A DNA stretch of 50,956 nt from Patescibacteria group bacterium (GCA_018813815.1 JAHJAY010000027.1:1-50956); one strand, 5' to 3'. Shown: positions 30,010 through 40,718, numbered from the stretch's first letter. Notes: a model not told the origin generated them from the letters alone. Translations and numbers: made by a program.

Positions 30010-30037
30010 TTAAAGGGTCTAAATAATCATCTTCAGC

Positions 30038-30721
30038 TTACCATGTCATTATTAGGTTGTCTAGCAAAAGTTTAGTGTTAATGTTGTGTTTTAAAAGATT
30101 GTCGGCCTTTAAAAGCGCTTGTAAAATCCGGCTGATTTGCTTGTCTTGAACTTTTAACTTGGCGGCCAGTTTGGGTTGATGAAGCGCTTTTTGCCAAAAA
30201 AGAATCTGCTCTAAAATAAATTTTTGCGCGGATGAACGGTTGGCCGAATAAGGTTGAATTAAAACCAGGCGTTGACCCAAGCTGGCCTGTATAAGTTGAT
30301 GATTAAAAATTAACAGTTCAGCTTGCTGAGCCGCGGGTAATTTATCCGGCTCTGGTTTTAAATTAATTATTTGACAACGGGATTGAATGGTGGGGATGAG
30401 CTGGTCTTGGTTAGGGGCGGTGAGGATAATGTAAGAATTGTCCGGCGGTTCTTCCAGGGTTTTTAACAGGGCGTTTTGAGCAGGAAGAGTCAATTGTTGG
30501 GATTGATGAATTAAGACGACTTTCGTTTGGGCCTGAAAGGGTTTTTTTGACAGAAAGCGGATCATGTTTCTTACTTGAGCAATACTAATGGACTGTTCGG
30601 GTTCAAGCAAAAGCAGGTCGGGATGTTGTCTGGGGGTTGCTGTAGTTAAGTAGCGTCCGGTTTGAGCCAGTGCGTGTTTTAAAGCCGATTTTGCTGAGCC
30701 AATAAATAAAAAGCTCTTCAT
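30038..30721 (-). CDS. holB: DNA polymerase III delta' subunit-like (short)
   Basis: HPD, ISIAQVR, AQNALLKTLEEPP, TIQSRC. Confidence 0.85.
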   Translation of the reverse strand: MKSFLFIGSAKSALKHALAQTGRYLTTATPRQHPDLLLLEPEQSISIAQVRNMIRFLSKKPFQAQTKVVLIHQSQQLTLPAQNALLKTLEEPPDNSYIILTAPNQDQLIPTIQSRCQIINLKPEPDKLPAAQQAELLIFNHQLIQASLGQRLVLIQPYSANRSSAQKFILEQILFWQKALHQPKLAAKLKVQDKQISRILQALLKADNLLKHNINTKLLLDNLIMTW

Positions 30722-30773
30722 ACTACTTGTATTCTAGCGTAATGTCTGAGTAAAATGGAGAAGAGAAAAAGTT

Positions 30774-32522
30774 ATGAACCAAACTGCCCAAGTTAGTCAA
30801 CCAGCTGTAAATACTCAAGCCAGAACCGATTCCCTATTAGATATTTTATTAACTTCCAAAGCTTTAAATCAAGAACAGCATGATCAGCTAAGACTGGAAT
30901 TGGCTAATACCAGTCAGTCAGTGGATCAATTATTGGTTAAGCATAAATTTGTTTCTCCACTTGATTTGGTTAAGGCTAAAGGCATATTTTATCAAGTGCC
31001 CTTTATTGATATTCTTAAAACCGGAGTTTCACCTGAAGTTTTGAATTTGGTTCCTGAGCAGGTTGCCCGTCATTATCAAGTGATTCCTTTTGCTTTGGAT
31101 AAAACCAATAAAATTTTGTCGGTGGCTATGGCTAATCCGCTTGATTTGGCGGCGGTGGAATTTATTCGGAAAAAATCAGGTAAAGAAATCAACAGTTTTA
31201 TTAGCACTGAGGCCGATGTTTTACAAGCCATTAACGAACGTTATGCTCAAAGTCTTTCAGTTGAAGTTACCGAGGCTTTGAAACAAACCGGGGTGGCTAA
31301 GGATAAGATCCGTGTAGTTGACAGCAGGCGGATCGGCGAGGTGATCCGGGAAGCGCCGATTGCCAAAATCGTAAGCACAGTTTTGGAATTTGCCATTAAA
31401 GCCCGGGCCTCCGATGTTCATATTGAACCGCTGGAAGATAAAACCCGGGTGCGCTATCGGATTGATGGCGTCTTGCATGAAAAACTGGTTTTACCCCGTA
31501 ATGTTCATGATGCCGTTGTTTCCCGGATAAAAATTTTATGTGATATGAAAATTGATGAAAAAAGGATTCCCCAGGATGGCCGATTTGCTTTTCGGACCGG
31601 CAACGAAGAAGTAGATCTGAGAGTCAGTTCATTACCTACTGTTCATGGAGAAAAAATAGTTATGCGTTTATTGAAAAAGAGCGGCCAGGTGCCGACTTTG
31701 CCGGAATTAGGTTTGCGGGGCCGGGCGTTGAAAAACCTGGAACAGGCAATTTTAGTCCCCCATGGCATAATTTTAGTTACCGGACCAACCGGTTCAGGTA
31801 AAACTACGACGCTTTATAGTGTGCTTTCTAAAATTAATACTCCCCGGGTGAATATTATTACCCTTGAAGATCCGGTTGAATATCAAATTCCGGGGATAAA
31901 TCAAGTGCAGGTTAATTCTCAGGCCGGTTTGACTTTTGCCTCAGGTTTGCGTTCTTTCTTAAGGCAAGACCCGAATATTATTTTGGTTGGTGAGGTGCGT
32001 GACCATGAAACAGCTGAGCTGGCTATTCAGGCTTCACTGACCGGCCACTTGGTTTTTTCCACTCTGCATACCAATTCTGCCTCCGGAGCTTTACCCCGGC
32101 TTTTAGACATGAAAGCCGAGCCCTTTTTATTGGCTTCATCAATGACTTGTATAGTTGGCCAGCGGATCTGCCGGCGGATTTGCGACTTTTGTAAACAGGA
32201 ATATCAACCCAGTTCTGAAGTAGCTGAGGATCTGAAAAAGAATTTAGGCAAACTTCTGGAGGCAGATAAAAAATTGACTTTAGTTAAAGGTAAAGGTTGT
32301 CCGGAATGTAATGATACCGGTTATCACGGCCGGGTCGGTATTTTTGAAGTTTTACCGATTACCGAAAAAATCAGCCGTTTGATTTTAGAGCGTTCGCCCA
32401 GTTCTGTAATTGAAAAACAGGCAGTTGAAGAAGGTATGATTTTAATGAAGCAAGACGGCTATCTTAAAGCTTTGGAACACTTAACCACTATGGAAGAAGT
32501 TGTGCGCGTGGCGCAAACATAA
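30774..32522 (+). CDS. pilB: Type IV pilus assembly ATPase PilB/GspE
   Basis: ASDVHIEP, GPTGSGKTT, EDPVEY, LRQDP, STLHTN, tetra-Cys motif. Confidence 0.95.
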   Translation: MNQTAQVSQPAVNTQARTDSLLDILLTSKALNQEQHDQLRLELANTSQSVDQLLVKHKFVSPLDLVKAKGIFYQVPFIDILKTGVSPEVLNLVPEQVARHYQVIPFALDKTNKILSVAMANPLDLAAVEFIRKKSGKEINSFISTEADVLQAINERYAQSLSVEVTEALKQTGVAKDKIRVVDSRRIGEVIREAPIAKIVSTVLEFAIKARASDVHIEPLEDKTRVRYRIDGVLHEKLVLPRNVHDAVVSRIKILCDMKIDEKRIPQDGRFAFRTGNEEVDLRVSSLPTVHGEKIVMRLLKKSGQVPTLPELGLRGRALKNLEQAILVPHGIILVTGPTGSGKTTTLYSVLSKINTPRVNIITLEDPVEYQIPGINQVQVNSQAGLTFASGLRSFLRQDPNIILVGEVRDHETAELAIQASLTGHLVFSTLHTNSASGALPRLLDMKAEPFLLASSMTCIVGQRICRRICDFCKQEYQPSSEVAEDLKKNLGKLLEADKKLTLVKGKGCPECNDTGYHGRVGIFEVLPITEKISRLILERSPSSVIEKQAVEEGMILMKQDGYLKALEHLTTMEEVVRVAQT

Positions 32523-32530
32523 GGAGGAAT

Positions 32531-33586
32531 ATGGAAATTAAAGAGTTATTACAACTAACTGTAGAGAAAAACGCTTCTGACCTTCATTTAGCTGTTGGTC
32601 AGCCGCCGATTTTGCGCATTAATGGCCGTTTGGTTCAAACTGATGGGCCGGTACTTACTCAGGAAAAAGTCAAGGCATTGATTTTGTCGTTGATGAATCC
32701 GATGCAAAAAGACCAATTTTTAGTTAACAAAGAGCTTGATTTTTCCAGTGAATTGGCCGGACAGGGTCGGTTTAGGATTAATGCTTATCATGCCCGGGGC
32801 CAGATGGCGGCAGCCTTGCGTTTATTGCCCATGAAAATTAAAACGATTGGTGAGCTGAATCTTTTGCCGATTTGCCATCAGTTTGTCAAGTTACAGCAGG
32901 GTTTGATTTTAGTAACCGGGCCAACCGGACACGGTAAAAGTACCAGTTTGGCCGCTATGATTGATGAGATTAACCGCACTCGGGCAGTTCACATTGTGAC
33001 GATTGAAGACCCAATCGAATATGTTTATGAAAAATATAAGGGAATTGTTTCTCAGCGGGAAATGAAACAAGATACTCATTCGTGGCAAATTGCCTTGAGG
33101 AGTGTTTTGCGGGAAGATCCGGATGTGGTTTTGGTGGGTGAAATGCGCGATTATGAAACCATTGCCGCGGCCATTACAGTTGCGGAAACCGGCCATCTGG
33201 TTTTTGCCACTTTGCATACCAATTCTGCGTCGCAAACCGTTGACCGGATCGTGGATGTTTTTCCCGAACATCAGCAGGGTCAGATTCGGGTTCAGCTGGG
33301 AGTGATTCTTGAGGCGGTTATTTCCCAGCGCTTAATTCCGGCTTTAAAAGGCGGTCGGGTGCCGGCTTGCGAAGTGCTTTTGGGCACAGCGGCAGTGAAA
33401 ACCGCCATTCGGGAAAGTAAAACCCACATGATTGATAATATTATCCAAACATCCGGCGAAATCGGAATGTTAAGTTTAGAAATGGATCTGGCCCGGTTGG
33501 TGAAGGCCAAACAAATCAGTCCGGATGAAGCCCGGCGCTTTAGTTTGCGGCCCGGCGAATTGGATCGATTACTCAGGAAACTATGA
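32531..33586 (+). CDS. pilT: Type IV pilus retraction ATPase PilT
   Basis: ASDLHL, GPTGHGKST, LREDPD, AETGHLV, AIRE motif. Confidence 0.96.
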   Translation: MEIKELLQLTVEKNASDLHLAVGQPPILRINGRLVQTDGPVLTQEKVKALILSLMNPMQKDQFLVNKELDFSSELAGQGRFRINAYHARGQMAAALRLLPMKIKTIGELNLLPICHQFVKLQQGLILVTGPTGHGKSTSLAAMIDEINRTRAVHIVTIEDPIEYVYEKYKGIVSQREMKQDTHSWQIALRSVLREDPDVVLVGEMRDYETIAAAITVAETGHLVFATLHTNSASQTVDRIVDVFPEHQQGQIRVQLGVILEAVISQRLIPALKGGRVPACEVLLGTAAVKTAIRESKTHMIDNIIQTSGEIGMLSLEMDLARLVKAKQISPDEARRFSLRPGELDRLLRKL

Positions 33587-34788
33587 AAAAGTTTAATTAT
33601 AAAGCTAAAAATAAACAGGGCAAAACCATTACCGGCTTAATTGAAGCCAATAATGATCAGAGTGCGGTTAAAATCTTAAGAGAAAGAGGTTTGTTAACTC
33701 TGTCATTAAAGGAATATCGGGAAGGTATTAGCTTGGTTCAGTTTTTTCCTTTTCTTCAAAAAATTTCCAAAGATGATTTGGTTAATTTCACCCGTCAGCT
33801 ATCGACCATGATTACTGCCGGTTTGCCCTTAACCGATGCTTTAACTATTTTACAAATGCAGGGTAAACCTGCATTTGCTGAAGTTGTGGGCGGAGTGTTA
33901 AAAGATGTTGAGGGCGGTGAAAGCTTAGCTAAAAGCCTGGAAAAATATCCTAAGGTTTTTCCGAACATTTATATTGCTTTAGTTCGTTCAGGCGAGGCGG
34001 CAGGAGTTTTAGATACGATTTTAGCGCGTTTGGCTGATAATTTGGAAAAGCAAAAAGAATTCCGGACTAAAACTCGAGGGGCCATGATTTATCCGGCAAT
34101 TATTGTTACCGGTATGCTGATTGTGGCGGTAATTATGATTATTTTTGTTATTCCCAAATTAACCAGTCTTTATGCTGAATTTGAAGCTGACTTGCCTATT
34201 GCTACCGAACTACTATTGAAATTGTCTGACTTTATGGTTAAAAGCTGGTATTTGTTTTTATTATTGATTATAGGTGCGGTGACGGGTTTTCGCCGCTTTT
34301 ACAAAACTGCGGCAGGTAAAAAAATAATTGATCGTCAATCATTGCGTTTGCCGATTTTTGGCAAACTGAAAACTAAAGTGATTTTAGCTGAATTTACCCG
34401 GACTTTAAGTTTATTGATTAATGCCGGCGTGGCGATTATTGATTCTTTAAATATTGTGGCTTCAGTAGCCGGTAATGTAATTTTTGAGGCCAGTATTCGC
34501 CAAATCGCTAAAAAGGTGGAAAAGGGCACGCCTTTGGCCAATGCGCTGGCTCAGGAGGAAGTGTTTCCTCAGCTTGTTTCTCAGATGATTTCGGTTGGCG
34601 AAGAAACCGGCAAGGTGGATGAAATTTTAAACAAACTGTCTCATTATTTTGAAACTGAAGCTGAAGCGGCAATTAAAGGCTTGACAACCGCGATTGAGCC
34701 ACTTATGATGGCTTTATTGGGTGTAGGCGTAGGCTTTTTAGTCATCGCCGTAATTATGCCGATTTATAATTTAACCTCACAATTTTAA
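33583..34788 (+). CDS. pilC: Type IV pilus platform protein PilC/GspF
   Basis: FTRQLSTM, GEAAG, MIYP, VGEETG, IEP. Confidence 0.96.
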   Translation: MKKFNYKAKNKQGKTITGLIEANNDQSAVKILRERGLLTLSLKEYREGISLVQFFPFLQKISKDDLVNFTRQLSTMITAGLPLTDALTILQMQGKPAFAEVVGGVLKDVEGGESLAKSLEKYPKVFPNIYIALVRSGEAAGVLDTILARLADNLEKQKEFRTKTRGAMIYPAIIVTGMLIVAVIMIIFVIPKLTSLYAEFEADLPIATELLLKLSDFMVKSWYLFLLLIIGAVTGFRRFYKTAAGKKIIDRQSLRLPIFGKLKTKVILAEFTRTLSLLINAGVAIIDSLNIVASVAGNVIFEASIRQIAKKVEKGTPLANALAQEEVFPQLVSQMISVGEETGKVDEILNKLSHYFETEAEAAIKGLTTAIEPLMMALLGVGVGFLVIAVIMPIYNLTSQF

Positions 34789-34805
34789 AAAGGAGGAGTG
34801 AGAGT

Positions 34806-35387
34806 ATGAAAAAACTTAAATTTGGTTTTACCATGATTGAGTTGTTAATTGTAATTGCTATTTTAGGCATTTTAGCCGTGGCAGTTTTGTCAGCCATTAA
34901 CCCGCTGGAGCAGATTAACCGTGGTCGAGATACCCAGTCAAGGGGTGATGCTGAACAGCTGATTAATGCTGTAGAAAGATATAATGCTTCTAAGGGTCGG
35001 TTCCCTTGGCAAGCCAATCCAAACGAAGTCGTCAGCCTTAACGCGCTTGATTCAACAAGCGGTGTGGACGATACTGATATCACTGATTTTTCCGGTATAA
35101 TGGCTATTCTGGTAGATACTAATGAAGTTAAGACCGGCTATGCTAATCGAATTCAACAATCAACTTACAATCCTCTTTATGCTTACTGGGACTCAGATGA
35201 TTTTTCTAACAGTGTTTATGTTTGTTTTTCACCAAAATCAAAATCCTTTAGAACTGAGGCAGCAGAGGATTGTGCAGTCAAAGTAGGTCAGGGTGATTTC
35301 GAAATTGTAGAGGGTGGGGCTTGTCCGGACTACTGCGTTGATGGAGTCTGGAATGGGATTGACGACTGCCAAATCTGTTTGCCGTAA
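34806..35387 (+). CDS. Type IV pilin (probable major pilin)
   Basis: G|FTMIELLIVIAILGIL class III signal; strong AGGAGG RBS; 6 Cys. Confidence 0.9.
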   Translation: MKKLKFGFTMIELLIVIAILGILAVAVLSAINPLEQINRGRDTQSRGDAEQLINAVERYNASKGRFPWQANPNEVVSLNALDSTSGVDDTDITDFSGIMAILVDTNEVKTGYANRIQQSTYNPLYAYWDSDDFSNSVYVCFSPKSKSFRTEAAEDCAVKVGQGDFEIVEGGACPDYCVDGVWNGIDDCQICLP

Positions 35388-35409
35388 AATTTAGCGAATA
35401 CAACATTAG

Positions 35410-35988
35410 ATGAAACGAAGCGATTGGGGTTTTACCACCATTGAATTATTGGTTGTTTTAGGCATTTTAGGAATCTTAATTGTGGCACTGATTCAAAGAA
35501 TTGCTCCGGGAGTGCAGATTAATAAAGCTAAAGGCGCTCGAGCCGAGGCGATTTGCACTGAGTTTCTTAAAGCCAGTTTGCGTTATTATTATGCTCAGGG
35601 TAATTATCCTTGGGAGGTGGCTGGTTCTAATATTCGGGTGGTGGCGGAAACCAGCGCTTTGGATAATCTTATTGCTGAAGGTGAAGTTAAGACTTCCATG
35701 AAAAATGAGCCGGTTTTTGACGGCGAGGGTAATTTGGAAGCGAGATTGATTATTGATCCGACTCAATGTAACAATTGTGCTCAGTGCAGCGGCCCTTGGG
35801 TGTGTGTCATTCCTTTGACCGAAGATGAGCAGGATCAGGTTGAGGCCGGGACTTCGCCGGATTTTGTGACAATTAACACGGGTAATTGCCAAGTACACAG
35901 CGCCGGCAACAGCTGTACTTTACCCCCCGGCTTTAGCTGGAGCGGGCCTTATATCCAGCAGCGCTGTTGGAAGTGTTTTAAGCCATGA
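35410..35988 (+). CDS. Type IV pilin, Cys-rich
   Basis: G|FTTIELLVV; 9 Cys. Confidence 0.88.
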   Translation: MKRSDWGFTTIELLVVLGILGILIVALIQRIAPGVQINKAKGARAEAICTEFLKASLRYYYAQGNYPWEVAGSNIRVVAETSALDNLIAEGEVKTSMKNEPVFDGEGNLEARLIIDPTQCNNCAQCSGPWVCVIPLTEDEQDQVEAGTSPDFVTINTGNCQVHSAGNSCTLPPGFSWSGPYIQQRCWKCFKP

Positions 35989-36788
35989 TCTACGTTTTTT
36001 TATTTATACTTGGTTTATGTTTTGGCAGTTTTCTGAATGTGGTTATTTTCCGGACCACCCATAATTATTCGCCTTTTTCCGGCCGTTCTTTTTGTCCTCA
36101 CTGTAAAAAAAAGATTAGCTGGCAGGACAATATTCCCCTACTGTCGTTTTTTCTTTTAAAAGGCAGATGTCGTTATTGTCATCAGTCAATTAGCCAATCA
36201 TATTTTTTGGTTGAGCTTTTAACCGGAATTGAATTTGTGTGGATCTGGTTTTTAATTCAAAGCAACCTGACGCTTTTGGGTCAATTTGAGGGTTTTTACA
36301 GCCTGCTTTATGCGGCTTACCTGTTATATATTTTTTATGTTTTTTTGGGCATTACGGTTGCGGATTTAAAATATGGCCTGATTCCTGATTTTTTAGTTTT
36401 TTCCGGCATAGCGGTCAGCAGTTTGTTTGTTTTAACCAGCTATAATTTTTTATTACTGGATTTTAAATCTTATTTTATTTCCGGTTTGGGAGCGGGTGGA
36501 GCGCTGGCGGCCTTAATTATTTTAACCAAAGGTAAAGGTATGGGTTGGGGTGATGTTAAATTAGCTTTATTAATGGGTTTGTTTTTGGGCTGGCCTAAGA
36601 TTGTAATAGCGTTTTATGTCGCCTTCTTGACAGGGGCAATTACGGCTGTCATACTGATTTTACTGAGGAAAAAACGCTTTGGTCAAACCCTGCCTTTTGG
36701 GCCGTTTTTGATCGCCGGTACTTTAGCAGCTTTTTTTTGGGGCGAACCAATTTGGCAGTCAGTCAGCCTGATTTTGGGCATTAAATAA
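35985..36788 (+). CDS. pilD: Prepilin peptidase
   Basis: GSFLNVV, RSFCPHC, GRCRYC, DL, MGWGDVKL, PFGPFL. Confidence 0.96.
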   Translation: MIYVFLFILGLCFGSFLNVVIFRTTHNYSPFSGRSFCPHCKKKISWQDNIPLLSFFLLKGRCRYCHQSISQSYFLVELLTGIEFVWIWFLIQSNLTLLGQFEGFYSLLYAAYLLYIFYVFLGITVADLKYGLIPDFLVFSGIAVSSLFVLTSYNFLLLDFKSYFISGLGAGGALAALIILTKGKGMGWGDVKLALLMGLFLGWPKIVIAFYVAFLTGAITAVILILLRKKRFGQTLPFGPFLIAGTLAAFFWGEPIWQSVSLILGIK

Positions 36789-36807
36789 TAATTGAAAGGG
36801 GTCAGAT

Positions 36808-37191
36808 ATGAAAAAAGGCTTCACTCTTTTAGAGCTTTTAGTGGTGATTGCCATTATTGGCATTTTAGCCGCGATTGGTTTAGGTAGTTATATGACTTCG
36901 CGCCGTAAAGCGTCTGATGCCCGGGCGAAGGCGAATTTAAGAGAAATACAAAATGCATTTGAGCAGTTTTATACGCTTAACACAGACTATCCTGAAAGTG
37001 GAGAGGCGGCGGCGCTTTTTTCTGATAATCGAGTGCCTGGGGGCGGAGATTATGCAATTGACTATGGAGGCACCGACTATACTGCTTGCGTAGTACTGGA
37101 GATTGAGGGGTCCGGCAATGCGTCTGATGACTCTGGTACATCCGCGACAGATGGTAACTTTTTCTGTGTTTGGGATTTGCAAGGCAGTTGA
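36808..37191 (+). CDS. Type IV pilin / GspG-like
   Basis: G|FTLLELLVVIAIIGIL. Confidence 0.9.
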   Translation: MKKGFTLLELLVVIAIIGILAAIGLGSYMTSRRKASDARAKANLREIQNAFEQFYTLNTDYPESGEAAALFSDNRVPGGGDYAIDYGGTDYTACVVLEIEGSGNASDDSGTSATDGNFFCVWDLQGS

Positions 37192-37200
37192 GGAAACAAT

Positions 37201-37554
37201 ATGAAAAAACAAAACGGTTTTTCTTTTATTGAACTTTTGGTAACCATAAGTATAATTGGTATTATTGCGGCGGTTGGTTTGGCTACCTACTCGACTTCAC
37301 AGCAAAAATCCCGTAACACTAAGCGCAAGGCTGATTTGAAACAAATCCAGGTAGCTTTAGAAATGTGTCGGTCTGAAGAAGGCACATATCCAACTGGCCT
37401 GAATGATTTAACGCCTGACTACATGGGCGAGTTGCCTGAGGATCCAGAAACTGGCGAGAGTAGTGATTACTATTTTTCTGAAAGGACCAACTACACCTAT
37501 ACTATTTGTGCTGATGAAGCTGAGTTAGAAACCATTTGCTACTCTAACCCATGA
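37201..37554 (+). CDS. Type IV pilin / GspG-like
   Basis: G|FSFIELLV, KRKADLKQIQVALE, YP, LPEDP. Confidence 0.9.
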   Translation: MKKQNGFSFIELLVTISIIGIIAAVGLATYSTSQQKSRNTKRKADLKQIQVALEMCRSEEGTYPTGLNDLTPDYMGELPEDPETGESSDYYFSERTNYTYTICADEAELETICYSNP

Positions 37555-38015
37555 AAAAAGGTTTTTCTTTTATTGAACTATTGGTTACGATTTCACTGAT
37601 GGGTTTAATTCTGGGGCTGGTGTTAGTGAACTTTGGCGGTTTTAATAAAGCAAAACTGTTATCCACGGCAGCTGATCAGCTGGTAGTTGATTTGCGTTTG
37701 GTTGCCAGTCAGGCCGCTTCGGCTGATAAGCCTGAGAGTTGTAAATCCCCGACTGATTTGGAGTTTGAGGGTTATCAGGCTGAGATTATGTCTGCCACGG
37801 CATATCAAATTAGCGCTGTGTGTGATGGGGCTGAATATAATTCAGTAACCAAAGAGTTAACCAACGGGGTCTTGTTTGATGATACTGTTATAGGAACATT
37901 TTTTACTTTTTACCCTTTGGATGATGGCGCTGATTCTGTTGCCATTATTTTAAGATTAGATGCTTTAACTCAAACAATTCAAGTTGATGAAGCCGGAGTT
38001 GTTTATGCTGAATAA
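37551..38015 (+). CDS. Minor pilin (FimT/GspH-like)
   Basis: G|FSFIELLV; C-terminal IQVDEAG. Confidence 0.85.
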   Translation: MKKGFSFIELLVTISLMGLILGLVLVNFGGFNKAKLLSTAADQLVVDLRLVASQAASADKPESCKSPTDLEFEGYQAEIMSATAYQISAVCDGAEYNSVTKELTNGVLFDDTVIGTFFTFYPLDDGADSVAIILRLDALTQTIQVDEAGVVYAE

Positions 38016-38475
38016 TAAACAAGGTCAATCTTTGGTGGAAGTTTTAATCGGAGTAGTGCTTTTAAGCGTGGCTTTATTGGCGCTTACTAATGCCGTGGTG
38101 CGGGCTTTGCGGGCAGCGGCTTATGCCCGGGATAAAGCCGAGGCAACTAAGCTGGCTACTGAAGCTAATGAATGGTTTCGTTTTCAGCGCGATTCTTTAA
38201 GTTGGGGTGATTTTGAGCGGCCAGCTGGCGATTATTGTTTAAATAGTCTGCCGGGTAATTGGGTTGAAGATGTACCTGCTGGAGATTGCGGGAGCAATTT
38301 TGATTTGAAAACAAAATTTCAACGTCAAGTTTATTTTGACCCTGATGATGATTGTGAAGATGGACCCTTGGTTGAGGACGCAATTAAAATAACTATTAAT
38401 GTTGCTTGGGAGAATGGTAACTATGATGTTGAACTGGTTACCTGTTTAACAAAATGGCAAGTAATAACACCATAA
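38005..38475 (+). CDS. Minor pilin (PilV-like)
   Basis: G|QSLVEVL, EATKLA, INVAW; start ATG 38005. Confidence 0.83.
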   Translation: MLNNKQGQSLVEVLIGVVLLSVALLALTNAVVRALRAAAYARDKAEATKLATEANEWFRFQRDSLSWGDFERPAGDYCLNSLPGNWVEDVPAGDCGSNFDLKTKFQRQVYFDPDDDCEDGPLVEDAIKITINVAWENGNYDVELVTCLTKWQVITP

Positions 38476-38954
38476 AGAATAGTCATCAAGCTGGTTTTAC
38501 CCTGATTGAAATTTTGGTGGCAATCACGATTTTTGCGATTGTGATTGTGGCCGCCACCGGTATTTTTCTTTATATTGTCAGCGGGGCAATGAAGGTTAAA
38601 AAAATTGGCCAACTCAAACAAAATGGTAATTTAGTTTTGGCTAAGCTTGAACGGGCGGTGCGCGATGCCCAGGTAATGCAAGCGGCAGGCGGTAGTGATT
38701 GTGATGGGACCCAGACGGAGCGATTGTATATTGAAGATGAGTCGGGCGTAACTAAAGAATTTGTTTGCCAAAATAATTTAATTATGCTTAATGGTACATC
38801 TCTAATTGACGAAACAGTTGAAATAGTTGATTGCAGCGCTATATTTCAGTGTTATGCTGATCCGCCGCGCCTGCATGCTGATTTTAATTTGCGTTACCCG
38901 CCTGATTTGGAAGAGAATTTCACTTTGTGGGTGTCAAAACGCAATGTTGACTAA
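38454..38954 (+). CDS. Minor pilin (PilW/GspJ-like)
   Basis: AG|FTLIEILVAITIF. Confidence 0.85.
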   Translation: MASNNTIKNSHQAGFTLIEILVAITIFAIVIVAATGIFLYIVSGAMKVKKIGQLKQNGNLVLAKLERAVRDAQVMQAAGGSDCDGTQTERLYIEDESGVTKEFVCQNNLIMLNGTSLIDETVEIVDCSAIFQCYADPPRLHADFNLRYPPDLEENFTLWVSKRNVD

Positions 38955-38990
38955 GCCAGCTAATTTGTGCTTTAGTATTATAAGAGACTT

Positions 38991-39692
38991 ATGGTGATTA
39001 AAAACCGAGAAAAAGGCCAGGTATTATTGATTGTTCTTTTGGTTACAGTAGTGGCCTTAACTTTAGGGCTGGGAGCGATTTCCCAATCCATTACTGACAT
39101 TAAAATTTCCGAAGAAGAAGAAGAATCTGCCCGGGCATTTAATTTAGCTGAAGCCGGGATTGAAGAAGCCTTAAGGAATTTGGGTGTAAGAGAATTTGGC
39201 TGGGACGAAGGCGAAGACGGTTATAATGTTTCAGTTGTTGAAGAAGCCGGTTTTTCTACTCCCCAGCCGGTTGAGCAGGGTGATGTGATTCAATTAACGG
39301 TTAACGGTGCTGACGGCCGAATAATTCGAATTGATTGGGATAATCCTGCGGCGCTTGAAGTAATTGCCCTGGTTAATGACAGCGGTAATTATGTAGTTCA
39401 GCGCTGGGTTTATGATGATATTGGTAGGATTCCGGGGGCAGATAATCCGGTTTCTGATTATACGGTTAATTTTACGATTCCGACTGATAGCGAGTTACTT
39501 CGCTTGCGGCCTTTATTTAGTGATAGCTCCTTTACGGTGGCTGGTAATATTCCTGATCAACAATACCGCATTGAGGCTACAGGGCAAACTGCCTCCGGGG
39601 TAACCCGGAAAATTCAGGTGACACGGGAGATTGCCCCTTCTTTGCCGGGAATTTTTGATTATGCACTTTTTTCCGGAGGAGCAATTCCATGA
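38991..39692 (+). CDS. Minor pilin (PilX-like)
   Basis: G|QVLLIVLL lacking Glu5; AFNLAEAGIEEAL; IEATG. Confidence 0.85.
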   Translation: MVIKNREKGQVLLIVLLVTVVALTLGLGAISQSITDIKISEEEEESARAFNLAEAGIEEALRNLGVREFGWDEGEDGYNVSVVEEAGFSTPQPVEQGDVIQLTVNGADGRIIRIDWDNPAALEVIALVNDSGNYVVQRWVYDDIGRIPGADNPVSDYTVNFTIPTDSELLRLRPLFSDSSFTVAGNIPDQQYRIEATGQTASGVTRKIQVTREIAPSLPGIFDYALFSGGAIP

Positions 39693-40714
39693 AAGCACTT
39701 GGTTTAGATGTAGGTTCTTCTCTGATTAAAGCCGTTCAGTTGGAGAAAAAGGGTAAAGACTTGTTATTAAGCAGTTTTGGCTGGGTGACTAATCCGTTTG
39801 GCGAGGTTAATTATAATAATGAGGCAGAAAGACTTAAGCTGGTTGAGGCAACTAAAAAATTATTAAAAGACCGTGATTTTAAAGGTAAAGAGGTGGTAAT
39901 ATCTTTACCGACCGCGCAAATTTATACCCGGATTATTGAAATGCCTTTGCTTTCAGAAAATGAATTGTCTTCAGCCATCAGCTGGGAGGCAGAACAATAT
40001 GTTCCCGTGCCCTTAGCTGAGGTTAACTTATCCTGGGAAATAGTGAGTCAGCCCAAAGTGTCGTCTGAATCAGCGAAAATGTTAGTTTTTTTAGCCGCGG
40101 CACCTAAAAAACTGATTGATAATCAAGTGAAATTTTTAGAGCTGCTTAATTTGGAGCCACTGGCTGTAGAAACTACTGCAGTTGCTTTGGGGCGGTTAGT
40201 AACCGGGGCAGATGGAGTGGAGTTGGCAGTTCAGATTGGCTGGCGCTCAACAAGCTTAACCATTATGAACCAAGGGATGATTTTGTTTGCCCATAATTTA
40301 AATACCGGAGCCGAAGCTTTAACCCGGAGTGTATCTAATGAACTTAAGCTGGATTTTTATCAAGCAGAAGAGTATCGGCGGACTTATGGTTTTGAAAAAA
40401 CCGCCCTGGAAGGTAAAGTCGGTTTTGCTATGAAAGTGGTATTTGATGAATTGGCTGGTGAAATTAAACGGGCAATGGATTTTTATAGCTCCCAAAATGA
40501 AGGTAAAGTGGTTAACCGGGTGGTTTTGGCTGGCGGCGGCGCGCTTACTCCGGCCCTAGCTTCTCAATTAGCTGAATTTTTGGGTATTGAAGTTTTACTG
40601 CTTGATCCTCTGGCTAAATTAATATCCGGGGCGGATAAAGCTTGGCCTAAAGATTTACAGATGATTGCTCCGATTTTGGGTGAAGCGATTGGTTTAGCGA
40701 TGAGAGAGATTTAA
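39689..40714 (+). CDS. pilM: Type IV pilus alignment protein PilM
   Basis: GLDVGSSLIKAV, EAEQYVP, AEEY, LAGGGA actin-like motifs. Confidence 0.93.
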   Translation: MKALGLDVGSSLIKAVQLEKKGKDLLLSSFGWVTNPFGEVNYNNEAERLKLVEATKKLLKDRDFKGKEVVISLPTAQIYTRIIEMPLLSENELSSAISWEAEQYVPVPLAEVNLSWEIVSQPKVSSESAKMLVFLAAAPKKLIDNQVKFLELLNLEPLAVETTAVALGRLVTGADGVELAVQIGWRSTSLTIMNQGMILFAHNLNTGAEALTRSVSNELKLDFYQAEEYRRTYGFEKTALEGKVGFAMKVVFDELAGEIKRAMDFYSSQNEGKVVNRVVLAGGGALTPALASQLAEFLGIEVLLLDPLAKLISGADKAWPKDLQMIAPILGEAIGLAMREI

Positions 40715-40718
40715 GATC

